Shown here: in pieces, positions 32,613-40,584 of the stretch
Layout: the number at the start of each line of letters is the position of its first letter
How positions within the stretch are numbered: position 1 is the stretch's first letter
From: Flavobacteriales bacterium
Lineage (GTDB): Bacteria; Bacteroidota; Bacteroidia; Flavobacteriales_D; Sanyastnellaceae
Direction: 5' to 3'
Assembly: GCA_042095135.1 (NCBI GenBank)
Contig: JBELBV010000006.1
Coordinates: forward strand, 6,699-70,698
Length of the DNA: 64,000 bases
Position numbers and translations under genes: made by a program
The notes under the pieces: generated by a model
What the model was told of the DNA's origin: nothing
The model's input: only the letters and a program-made list of their open reading frames with translations
Database searches by the model: none

Positions 32613-32759
32613 AGCTGGAGCCTCCTTTTTTCAAGCATTTCCCGCATTCGAAACCGCTCCTCCAAAAACACCTTGGAATTCAGGACTTTGGTCCAATCCA
32701 AACGGTGATAGAATCCCTTCAAAAATGACGACTTTTAAACAAGTTGGCGAAGAGGTCAG

Positions 32760-35183
32760 TTGAATCATCGCTTTATCTACCCCCCTTCTTACCTTCGAAG
32801 TGTGGATTTTTTGAACGAACTGAACGAGGCACAACAGGCAGCTGCGCGGCATCAAGAAGGCCCTCTAATGGTCATTGCCGGGGCGGGTTCGGGGAAGACC
32901 CGGGTCCTGACATACCGCATCGCCTATCTCATTCAGCAAGGCGTTGATCCGTTCTCAATCCTGTCCCTGACTTTCACGAACAAAGCTGCGCGCGAAATGA
33001 AAGAGCGCATCGGGAAGGTCATCGGCGAGGGCGAAGCCCGCAACATCTGGATGGGGACGTTCCACAGCATTTTTGCCCGCATCCTCCGAATGGAATGTGA
33101 GCGAATCAACTACCCCCGCAACTTCACCATTTACGACACCCAAGACAGCCGGGCGCTCATCAAGGACATCGTCAAAGGACTGGGCATGGACGACAAAGTC
33201 TACAAGCCCGCCAGCGTTCAAGCCCGGATCAGCAACGCCAAAAACAACCTCATCGATGCCCGTGGGTACGCCGACCATGCGGAGATCATGTCCGAAGACC
33301 ACCAAGCCGGTCGGCCGCGCATCGCAGAGATTTACCGCGCTTATGAGAATCGTTGCTTCCGGGCGCAAGCCATGGACTTCGACGACCTATTGTTCAAGAT
33401 GAACGTATTGCTCAGGGACTTCCCCGATTTGCTGCTAAAATACCAGCATAAGTTTTCATACATCTTGGTGGACGAGTACCAGGACACCAACTTCGCCCAG
33501 TACCTCATCATCAAACAGCTCGCGGCCTTGCGAGAAAACCTCTGTGTGGTTGGGGACGACGCCCAGTCGATTTACGGTTTCCGAGGCGCCAACATTCAGA
33601 ACATCCTCAACTTCAAGCAGGACTACCCGGATTTTGCCTTGTACAAACTCGAGCAAAACTACCGGTCGACGAAGTACATCGTCGATGCCGCCAACAGCGT
33701 CATCGCCAACAACAAGGACCAAATCGAAAAGGTCGTGTGGACGGCCAACGGAGAAGGGGAACGCATTGCCGTGCATCGCTGCTACAGCGACAACGAGGAA
33801 GGCCGATGGGCATCCACGCAGATTTTTGATTTGCACAACCAACGGCAACAGCACTGGAAGGACATTGCCATTCTCTACCGGACCAACGCGCAGTCACGTT
33901 CCTTCGAGGAGAGCTTGCGCAAACTCAACGTGCCCTACCGTATCTACGGAGGCCTGTCGTTTTACCAGCGCAAGGAGATCAAGGACCTGATCGCCTACTT
34001 CCGGCTCACGGCCAACCCACGAGACGACGAAGCCCTCAAGCGCATCATCAACTACCCCACCCGCGGCATCGGCAAAACCACGATGGATCGACTCCTCGTG
34101 GAATCCACCGAACGCGACGTCAGCATTTGGGACCTTGTGACCGACGACCTGGCGCCGCCCACCAGCGTGAAGGGGGCGAGCCTGCGCAAGGTGCAGGACT
34201 TCGTGCAGATGATGCGGGGATTCGCGGCGGAACTGGAAACCAAAGACGCGCACGACCTCGGTATGCACATCGCCAAGCACACAGGGCTCGTGCACACCTT
34301 ATACCAAGACAAAACTCCAGAAGGCGTCGCCCGTTATGACAATGTTCAGGAATTGCTGAACGGGATGAAATCCTTCGTTGAGCAAGCAAAAGAAAGCGAT
34401 ACAGATGCATTTGCGTCGTTGGGCGACTTTTTGCTGGACGTTGCCTTGTTGACCGATGCCGATCAGGACGATGGTGATGAAAATAAGGTGAGCATGATGA
34501 CGATTCACGCCGCCAAGGGCTTGGAATTTGAAAACGTCTTCATCGTGGGCCTGGAAGAAGAGCTGTTCCCGTCGTCTATGGCCATGCAGTCCCGCGCGGA
34601 CCTCGAGGAAGAACGCCGCCTGTTCTATGTAGCCCTTACCCGCGCGAAGCGCACCTGTGCGCTCAGCTACGCCCTGACCCGTTACAAATGGGGACAGCTC
34701 ATCCAAGCCGAGCCCAGCCGTTTCATTGAAGAGATCAACAGCGATTGTCTCATCATGCCTTCGGCTCAACAAGCCAAACCCACACCGTTTGCGGGTGGGA
34801 CTAGCTTCGAGGCCCAGCGCAAAAATTGGCAATCGATGGGCAGTGGTAATCCCGGCGCTGCGTTCGACCGCATGGCCTCACAGAAAAAAGCCACCGGGTC
34901 GCCGCCTGCACATCCGTTAAAGAAAAAATCGGGCCAGCCGCCCGTTTCCTCCTCGGGCAAGCGCATGGCACGTGTTGAATCCTCAGCACCCGCCGGCTCC
35001 ACTGGAGGATCCCTGGAGGGCATTGCTGAAGGGGTAAACGTCTGGCACGAAAAGTTCGGCAAGGGCAAGGTGCTACGTGTTGAAGGGACAAGCCCCAACG
35101 AAAAGGCCACGGTCTTTTTCCCTAAGGCCGGCCAGAAACAACTGCTGTTGAAGTTCGCCAAACTCGAAATCATCGAAGCCTGA
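32760..35183 (+). CDS. ATP-dependent DNA helicase, UvrD/PcrA/Rep (SF1A) family
   Basis: 807 aa. Motifs AGAGSGKT, TFTNKAAREM, ILVDEYQDTN, VGDDAQSIYGFRGA, YRS, TIHAAKGLEF, YVALTRA. No in-frame ATG lies upstream of motif I, so the start is non-ATG: TTG at 32760 or GTG at 32802. Confidence 0.93.
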   Translation: MNHRFIYPPSYLRSVDFLNELNEAQQAAARHQEGPLMVIAGAGSGKTRVLTYRIAYLIQQGVDPFSILSLTFTNKAAREMKERIGKVIGEGEARNIWMGTFHSIFARILRMECERINYPRNFTIYDTQDSRALIKDIVKGLGMDDKVYKPASVQARISNAKNNLIDARGYADHAEIMSEDHQAGRPRIAEIYRAYENRCFRAQAMDFDDLLFKMNVLLRDFPDLLLKYQHKFSYILVDEYQDTNFAQYLIIKQLAALRENLCVVGDDAQSIYGFRGANIQNILNFKQDYPDFALYKLEQNYRSTKYIVDAANSVIANNKDQIEKVVWTANGEGERIAVHRCYSDNEEGRWASTQIFDLHNQRQQHWKDIAILYRTNAQSRSFEESLRKLNVPYRIYGGLSFYQRKEIKDLIAYFRLTANPRDDEALKRIINYPTRGIGKTTMDRLLVESTERDVSIWDLVTDDLAPPTSVKGASLRKVQDFVQMMRGFAAELETKDAHDLGMHIAKHTGLVHTLYQDKTPEGVARYDNVQELLNGMKSFVEQAKESDTDAFASLGDFLLDVALLTDADQDDGDENKVSMMTIHAAKGLEFENVFIVGLEEELFPSSMAMQSRADLEEERRLFYVALTRAKRTCALSYALTRYKWGQLIQAEPSRFIEEINSDCLIMPSAQQAKPTPFAGGTSFEAQRKNWQSMGSGNPGAAFDRMASQKKATGSPPAHPLKKKSGQPPVSSSGKRMARVESSAPAGSTGGSLEGIAEGVNVWHEKFGKGKVLRVEGTSPNEKATVFFPKAGQKQLLLKFAKLEIIEA

Positions 35184-35857
35184 TGCGCCCCTTTGACACC
35201 CAAGGCCACAGATGGGGCTTCGTGCTGGTCGTCGCTGCGGCCATGGTGGCCATCGGATGCCGTCCAGATCCGAACTACAACCTAGCGCTCCACGTTACGG
35301 TGCTTCACGCCGATACCGGCAACCCCGCCTCAGACATCGACCTAGAACTGGAAAGACGCGTGCTCGAAAACGGCGTGCTCAACGGCAACTACCAACCAGT
35401 GGGATCAGCCACCTCCGATACGGACGGCATAGCCCATTTCTTTTTCAATCGGGTCAACGCGTTGGACTACCAGCTCAATTTGATCTCAACGGATTGGTTT
35501 GCCCGTTCGGATTTCATTCAACCTGACACATTCCTTGAATCTTCCGAAGTTGAACACACGACGGAAGCGACGCCCCGCGGGACACTGAACATTCGACTTG
35601 TCAATGCCTACCCCCTCGATGAGGACGACAAGGTCCAGTTCCGGACCTTGAATCCGCCCAGTGAGTACCTGACGTGCTCCAATGCGTGGGAGACCCACCT
35701 TGGCATGTACGTCGATGTGGAGCGCACCTGCGATGTGGAAGCCGATCGCTACCTGCCCTACAGGTACCACATTACCCGCAATGGAGAACTCACTGAGCAC
35801 CTCGACAGCCTCTGGGTACCACGGGGAGAACTGACTGAACTGCTCATAGCTTACTGA
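35183..35857 (+). CDS. Hypothetical lipoprotein
   Basis: 224 aa with lipobox (MVAIGCRPD). The start overlaps the helicase stop (TGATG) and the stop overlaps the next start. No recognisable domain. Confidence 0.6.
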   Translation: MRPFDTQGHRWGFVLVVAAAMVAIGCRPDPNYNLALHVTVLHADTGNPASDIDLELERRVLENGVLNGNYQPVGSATSDTDGIAHFFFNRVNALDYQLNLISTDWFARSDFIQPDTFLESSEVEHTTEATPRGTLNIRLVNAYPLDEDDKVQFRTLNPPSEYLTCSNAWETHLGMYVDVERTCDVEADRYLPYRYHITRNGELTEHLDSLWVPRGELTELLIAY

Positions 35858-36489
35858 TGCCATACCATTCGTTTTCCGTCACCAAAACCACACGCTACTT
35901 CACCGCTGGGCCCGCCATCGCCGAAGCCAAGGGCGTGCTCATCGCCCTACACGGATACGGGCAGTTACCGGAGTTCTTCATGCGGCGTTTGCAACCCCTG
36001 GCGGATGCGGGTTGGGCCATTGTCGTGCCAGAGGGACTGCACCGGTTCTACCTCGAAGGCGCGCATGGCCGTGTAGGTGCTTCTTGGATGACGAAAGAGG
36101 CGCGGGAAGACGACATCGCGGATTACGTGCGCTACCTCGACGCCCTTTCGGCTGAACTGGGGTTGACCGATCGGCGCCCGGTGTTGCTCGGATTTTCCCA
36201 AGGCGTGGCGACGGCGTCGCGGTGGGTCGCCATGGGCCAGATCGCCTTCAGCCGGCTCATCTTGTGGTCCGGTGTGTTTCCGCCCGACTACCCCTGGGAA
36301 TCGGGCACTGAACCCATGAAAGCAATGCGCGTTGATGTCGCTTTGGGGACGGAAGATGCCTTCTTCGACGACTCCCTGCTGAAGACGACGGCCTCGGTTT
36401 TGGACGCGAATGCAGTGCCGTACACGACTCATTCGTTTGAAGGTGGGCACGCCATCGACACCGACTTGCTCCAGCAGTTGTTGGACTGA
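35857..36489 (+). CDS. Alpha/beta hydrolase, phospholipase/carboxylesterase-like
   Basis: 210 aa. Nucleophile elbow GFSQG, HG oxyanion-type motif (IALHGYG) and a C-terminal FEGGHAI. Confidence 0.75.
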   Translation: MPYHSFSVTKTTRYFTAGPAIAEAKGVLIALHGYGQLPEFFMRRLQPLADAGWAIVVPEGLHRFYLEGAHGRVGASWMTKEAREDDIADYVRYLDALSAELGLTDRRPVLLGFSQGVATASRWVAMGQIAFSRLILWSGVFPPDYPWESGTEPMKAMRVDVALGTEDAFFDDSLLKTTASVLDANAVPYTTHSFEGGHAIDTDLLQQLLD

Positions 36490-36523
36490 CCGCGGGCACC
36501 GTATTTTTGACCAAACTGCAAGC

Positions 36524-38326
36524 ATGAACCGCTCATTCAACCCCGCCTGGGGCCTGACCGTGGTCTTCTTGACCGCGTGCACCGTCCTACAAGCTCAACA
36601 CGTCACGTGGCCCCACGCCATCACTGAGGCCGAACGCGACCACGTCGAACGCATCGGCTTCGAACCCATCGCGTCGCGCGGCATCGAGACCCCGCCCCCA
36701 TTTGATTCGCTGCGCACCGCGGCGGAATGGGAAGAGGTGGAAGTGTTGACCATCTCGTGGACTTCATTTCCCTGCATCCAAAAGCAAATCGTCGCTGCCT
36801 CCAAAGAGGAATGCACCGTCATCATTTTTGCTGACAACGTCAGCGAGGTCGAGAATTACCTAACCAGCTCCACGTGTGGAGGAGCGCTCGACTTGGAAAA
36901 TGTCGAAATCGTCTCCGCCGAGTACAACAGTATCTGGATCCGCGACTATGGCGCCAACACCGTCTACGGCAGCTGGAACGACGACCGGGTCCTGGTCGAT
37001 TGGATGTACAACCGTCCGCGGCCTGATGACGATGTGATCCCTGATGTCCTCGGAGACCACATGGGACTCGACGTGTACACCACGACTGCCGAGCCAACCG
37101 ACTTGATGAACACCGGCGGCAATTGGATGTCGGATGGTTTCGGAACCGCTTTTGCCTCGGAACTCATCCTTGAAGAAAACGACGGAGGCAGCTCATGGTG
37201 GACGGATTTCCCGGACCACAGCGAGGCTGAGGTTGACCAAATCATTCAGGACTTCCACGGCGTGGAAGCGTACATCAAAATGCCCGTGTTGCCCTTCGAT
37301 GGCATTCACCACATTGACATGCACATGAAGCTTCTCGACGAGAGCACGCTCCTCGTAGCAGAATACCCAATGGGCATTGCGGACGGCCCGCAAATCAATG
37401 CAAACATCGATTACGTGCTGGCGAATTACACCACCAAGTGGGGAACGCCATTTGATGTCATCCGCATCCCAAGTCCGCCTGAGCAAGGCTGGGGCTACCC
37501 CGACCAAAACGGCTGGTACCTGACCTACACCAATTCCGTGTTCGTCAACAACACCATTTTGCTCCCGACGTACTACACGGAGTATGACACGACGGCCATT
37601 CGCATCTACGAGGAAGCCTTGCCGGGCTACGAAATCGTAGGCATCGATTGTGACAACAGCGGTTCGGCCATCATCTCCTTGAGCGGCGCCATTCACTGCA
37701 TCACCCACACCGTCGGTGTTGAAGATCCGCTCATGATCAGCCACCTGCCGTTGCCTGACACAGAGGATGACCAAAACGATTACGCCGTGGACGCGTACTT
37801 GAGCCACCGCAGCGGCATCGAAACGGCGACCCTTCACTGGGCAACCGACCCTGCCGGTGATTGGACGTCGGTGAGTATGAGCGCCGCGGATGACGCAGGC
37901 AATTGGTCCGCGGCCATCCCGGCCCACCCGCAAGGCACGACGCTCTACTACTACATCGGTGGCGAGGCCACCTCGGGCAAGGTGGGTGCCCGTCCAATGC
38001 CCGCACCGGACGGCTGGTGGAGTTTTGAGGTCATCGATCCGACGGTGGGCATCGGTGAGTTGGACGCTTCGCCAATGGCATCGGCCTACCCCAACCCGGC
38101 ATCTGCCGTCACCAGCATCCCCATGGAATTGCGCAGCGGTACCTCAGGCAGCCTCATAGTGTACAATGCACTCGGCGCGCAGGTCGACATGCTGCACCAA
38201 GGGCGCTTCCCTGCTGGGCGGTCGAATTACTTCTTACACGCCAACCGACTGGCAGCCGGGCCGTACCTCATCGTTTTTCAAACCGATGCAGGTGAGCAGT
38301 GGAGCCAGCACTTGATGGTCAAATGA
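36524..38326 (+). CDS. Secreted agmatine/peptidyl-arginine deiminase family (PAD_porph-type) enzyme with Ig-like region and T9SS C-terminal sorting domain
   Basis: The ATG at 36524 gives signal peptide MNRSFNPAWGLTVVFLTACTVLQAQ. Guanidino-modifying motifs: SIWIRDYG, GGNWMSDGFGTAF, GIHHIDMHMK, YTNSVFVNNTILLPTY, GAIHCITH. The C-terminus AYPNPASAVTSIPMEL...GPYLIVFQ is a T9SS CTD. Confidence 0.82.
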   Translation: MNRSFNPAWGLTVVFLTACTVLQAQHVTWPHAITEAERDHVERIGFEPIASRGIETPPPFDSLRTAAEWEEVEVLTISWTSFPCIQKQIVAASKEECTVIIFADNVSEVENYLTSSTCGGALDLENVEIVSAEYNSIWIRDYGANTVYGSWNDDRVLVDWMYNRPRPDDDVIPDVLGDHMGLDVYTTTAEPTDLMNTGGNWMSDGFGTAFASELILEENDGGSSWWTDFPDHSEAEVDQIIQDFHGVEAYIKMPVLPFDGIHHIDMHMKLLDESTLLVAEYPMGIADGPQINANIDYVLANYTTKWGTPFDVIRIPSPPEQGWGYPDQNGWYLTYTNSVFVNNTILLPTYYTEYDTTAIRIYEEALPGYEIVGIDCDNSGSAIISLSGAIHCITHTVGVEDPLMISHLPLPDTEDDQNDYAVDAYLSHRSGIETATLHWATDPAGDWTSVSMSAADDAGNWSAAIPAHPQGTTLYYYIGGEATSGKVGARPMPAPDGWWSFEVIDPTVGIGELDASPMASAYPNPASAVTSIPMELRSGTSGSLIVYNALGAQVDMLHQGRFPAGRSNYFLHANRLAAGPYLIVFQTDAGEQWSQHLMVK

Positions 38327-38344
38327 TTCCAAATTGCATTCAAC

Positions 38345-38373
38345 AAAAAGGCCCGCATCGAGCGGGCCTTTTT
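38345..38373. terminator. Bidirectional rho-independent terminator between convergent genes
   Basis: AAAAAGGCCCGC atcga GCGGGCCTTTTT, a perfect 12-bp arm including A/T runs on both sides. Confidence 0.75.
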
Positions 38374-38390
38374 CATTTGTGCTTGGCGCA

Positions 38391-39116
38391 TCAATCGCGA
38401 CGGCCCAGAAGCCGCAGCAAAAACAAGAAGAGGTTGACGAAATCCAAGTAGAGGCTTGTCGCTCCGAGGATGGCCAACTTGGAACTGGTTTCTGAACCGT
38501 ATTCGATGCCGGCTGCGATGCGCTTCAGCTTTTGGGTATCGTATGCGATGAGACCCGTGAAGATTAAGACCCCGCCCACGCTGATGATGTAATCCAACGA
38601 AGGCGAGCCGATGAACCAATTCACGAAGCTGGCGATGATGATGCCAATGAGGGCCATCATCAACAGGCTGCCAAAGCGGGTCAAATCGGTTTGTGTGGTG
38701 TAGCCGAGGATGGCCATCACCGCAAACGTGGCGGCGGTGATCATGAACACCTGCGCAATGCTCGACATAGCATACACGAGGAAAATGCTGCTTAACGAAA
38801 TGCCCATCACCGCGCTGAAGGCGACAAATAGCAGGGTCAGTCCGGTGCTGGACCACCGCTGGAATCCCATGTTCATGGCTAGGATGAAGCCCAACGGGGC
38901 GAGCATCACCACCCATCCGAGGCCGCTCATGGCGCCGGTTTCGGTGTTAAAGAGCTGCATGATGAAACCGGATTCAACCGTGTAATATGCCGCTGTTGCT
39001 GTGACCACCAACCCGGCGACCATCCAGCTGAATACGTTGGCGATAAAACGCGAGACCACGGACTCGTCTTGGATAAGTGCGTCGTCAAAAATTCGAGGCG
39101 ATTCAAATTCGTTCAT
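38391..39116 (-). CDS. Bax inhibitor-1/YccA (BI-1) family membrane protein
   Basis: 241 aa with about 7 TM segments. The C-terminal ...GATSLYLDFVNLFLFLLRLLG is typical of the family. Confidence 0.8.
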   Translation of the reverse strand: MNEFESPRIFDDALIQDESVVSRFIANVFSWMVAGLVVTATAAYYTVESGFIMQLFNTETGAMSGLGWVVMLAPLGFILAMNMGFQRWSSTGLTLLFVAFSAVMGISLSSIFLVYAMSSIAQVFMITAATFAVMAILGYTTQTDLTRFGSLLMMALIGIIIASFVNWFIGSPSLDYIISVGGVLIFTGLIAYDTQKLKRIAAGIEYGSETSSKLAILGATSLYLDFVNLFLFLLRLLGRRD

Positions 39117-39193
39117 AGCGCAAATTTGGGAAGAAAAGCCGCTTCAGTGGCTCACCCCTTTCGCCAAAAATTCCTTCGAAAGGAGCGAAAGGT

Positions 39194-40114
39194 CTAGGAA
39201 ACGTGGATGAGGCTGGACCACAATTCGTGGGGAACCTCCCTACTGAATTGGCTATCGGGTGCCAAGATCACCGACACGGCGTCGTGCGAGTGCAGGGACT
39301 CCTGGTGGGAGCAAATGACCCGGAAATCTTTGATGCGGTCGTCGTCGCTCAATTGCTCGTAAAGCAACCGTGCCGCATCTTCCACGAATTTCAAATACGC
39401 ACCGTTGAGTTCGGCAAAAGCCATTTCGTCTTCGCGCTTGACAATGACTTGCGTCTCGGTCTTCAAGGCCGCCTCGCAGATTTCCTGCAAATCTTCGATC
39501 CAAACGATGTCATCGACTTCCACCGAAATGCGCGCAACCGATCGCTGGGAATGCGGCACGGCGGACTTGCCTCGGTGCTCGCGCGCATGTTCTGATAGCT
39601 CGTAAGAACATGGGCACGCAGAAGAGTAAACGAAATCCAAGTGAATGATTTTCTTGAGGGTGCCGGTCTTATCCAAATCGCCTTCCAGCGTCACATTATA
39701 GTATTGGTAGCCTTCATTGGCCGAGCGCAAAGACGGCTTCATGATGGGGTAAGAAAACTTCAGCGCCACCTTGGAATTGAACGCATCCAGTCGCTCTTGG
39801 TACGTGTTCAACACGGCCTCGAGCTTGTCCATGGTGAAGGCGTCGTCCTTGAAATCATAGAACGAGCGCATGATGCGCGACATGTTGATCCCCTTCTTGT
39901 GCGCTTCCAACGACACCGTACCCGTCACCTTGGTCTCGAGCACAATGGAACCGTTGTCGCGGGTCCTGTACTTGAGGGGCAACCGGAAATTGTGGATACC
40001 GACTTGCTGGATCTCCACGGCCGCGCCCTGAATGAGCGAGGAAGGACCGTTTTGCAGGTCGGGGAACTGTTCAATATCCGCTGCTGTGGGGCGGTACTCT
40101 GCGTCGTATTCCAT
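39194..40114 (-). CDS. folE2: GTP cyclohydrolase IB (FolE2/MptA family)
   Basis: 306 aa. ...VGIHNFRLPL..., KKGINMSRI, YSSACPCSYELSE...VPHSQRS, resembling the FolE2 CPCS...HNQRS active-site region. The start shares one nucleotide with the upstream PTPS stop (TAATG). Confidence 0.8.
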   Translation of the reverse strand: MEYDAEYRPTAADIEQFPDLQNGPSSLIQGAAVEIQQVGIHNFRLPLKYRTRDNGSIVLETKVTGTVSLEAHKKGINMSRIMRSFYDFKDDAFTMDKLEAVLNTYQERLDAFNSKVALKFSYPIMKPSLRSANEGYQYYNVTLEGDLDKTGTLKKIIHLDFVYSSACPCSYELSEHAREHRGKSAVPHSQRSVARISVEVDDIVWIEDLQEICEAALKTETQVIVKREDEMAFAELNGAYLKFVEDAARLLYEQLSDDDRIKDFRVICSHQESLHSHDAVSVILAPDSQFSREVPHELWSSLIHVS

Positions 40115-40536
40115 TATGAGGCTCCGTAGTAGTCCGCATAGTTGTTCTCCGTTTCGTAGAGGCGGACACGTTCAAGCATACAACCGTTTTCGTCGATGAT
40201 TGGTTCAAGTTGTTCCCAGATTGCGATGACCAAATTCTCGACTGAGGTTTGTTTCCCCTTCATCCACGGAACATCCAAATTGAGGTTCTTGTGGTCCAAC
40301 GGCTCCTCCACCTTGTCCTTGATGATGGCCTTCAAATCCGTGAAATTGATGAAGTAGCCCGTGGCTTCGTCGATCTCACCGCGTACGGTCACGAACACCT
40401 CGTAATTGTGCCCGTGCCAATTGGGGTTGGCACACTTACCGAACACCTCAAAGTTCTTCTCGGCATCCCAGGCGTCGTTCCAAAGACGGTGCGCAGCATT
40501 GAAGCGTGCTCGGCGGGTGATGGTGACTTGTTTCAT
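40114..40536 (-). CDS. 6-pyruvoyl-tetrahydropterin synthase (COG0720; eukaryote-like Cx5HGH type)
   Basis: Only the last 140 aa of the 394-aa tracked ORF are used, from the ATG at 40536. Sequence: MKQVTITRRARFNAAHRLWN...FGKCANPNWHGHNYEVFVTVRGEIDEATGYFINFTDLK...PLDHKNLNLDVPW...VRLYETENN. It is closely colinear with animal PTPS as I recall it. Confidence 0.85.
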   Translation of the reverse strand: MKQVTITRRARFNAAHRLWNDAWDAEKNFEVFGKCANPNWHGHNYEVFVTVRGEIDEATGYFINFTDLKAIIKDKVEEPLDHKNLNLDVPWMKGKQTSVENLVIAIWEQLEPIIDENGCMLERVRLYETENNYADYYGAS

Positions 40537-40584
40537 CTGACTCGGCTGCAAAGATACGCCATGTACCTTTCTTACCTTTGGCGC

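Noticed and set aside
32512-32855. Two short ORFs (83 aa on the plus strand, 74 aa on the minus strand) in and around the rpsL-helicase intergenic region.
   Set aside because: They overlap the starts of rpsL and the helicase, have no signal or motif, and sit over the probable promoter and leader. They are treated as non-coding.
38278-38916. A 212-aa His/Arg-rich ORF on the minus strand.
   Set aside because: It is an alternative frame of the Bax-inhibitor-1 family gene (38391-39116), which has a clear 7-TM profile, and it runs through the bidirectional terminator.
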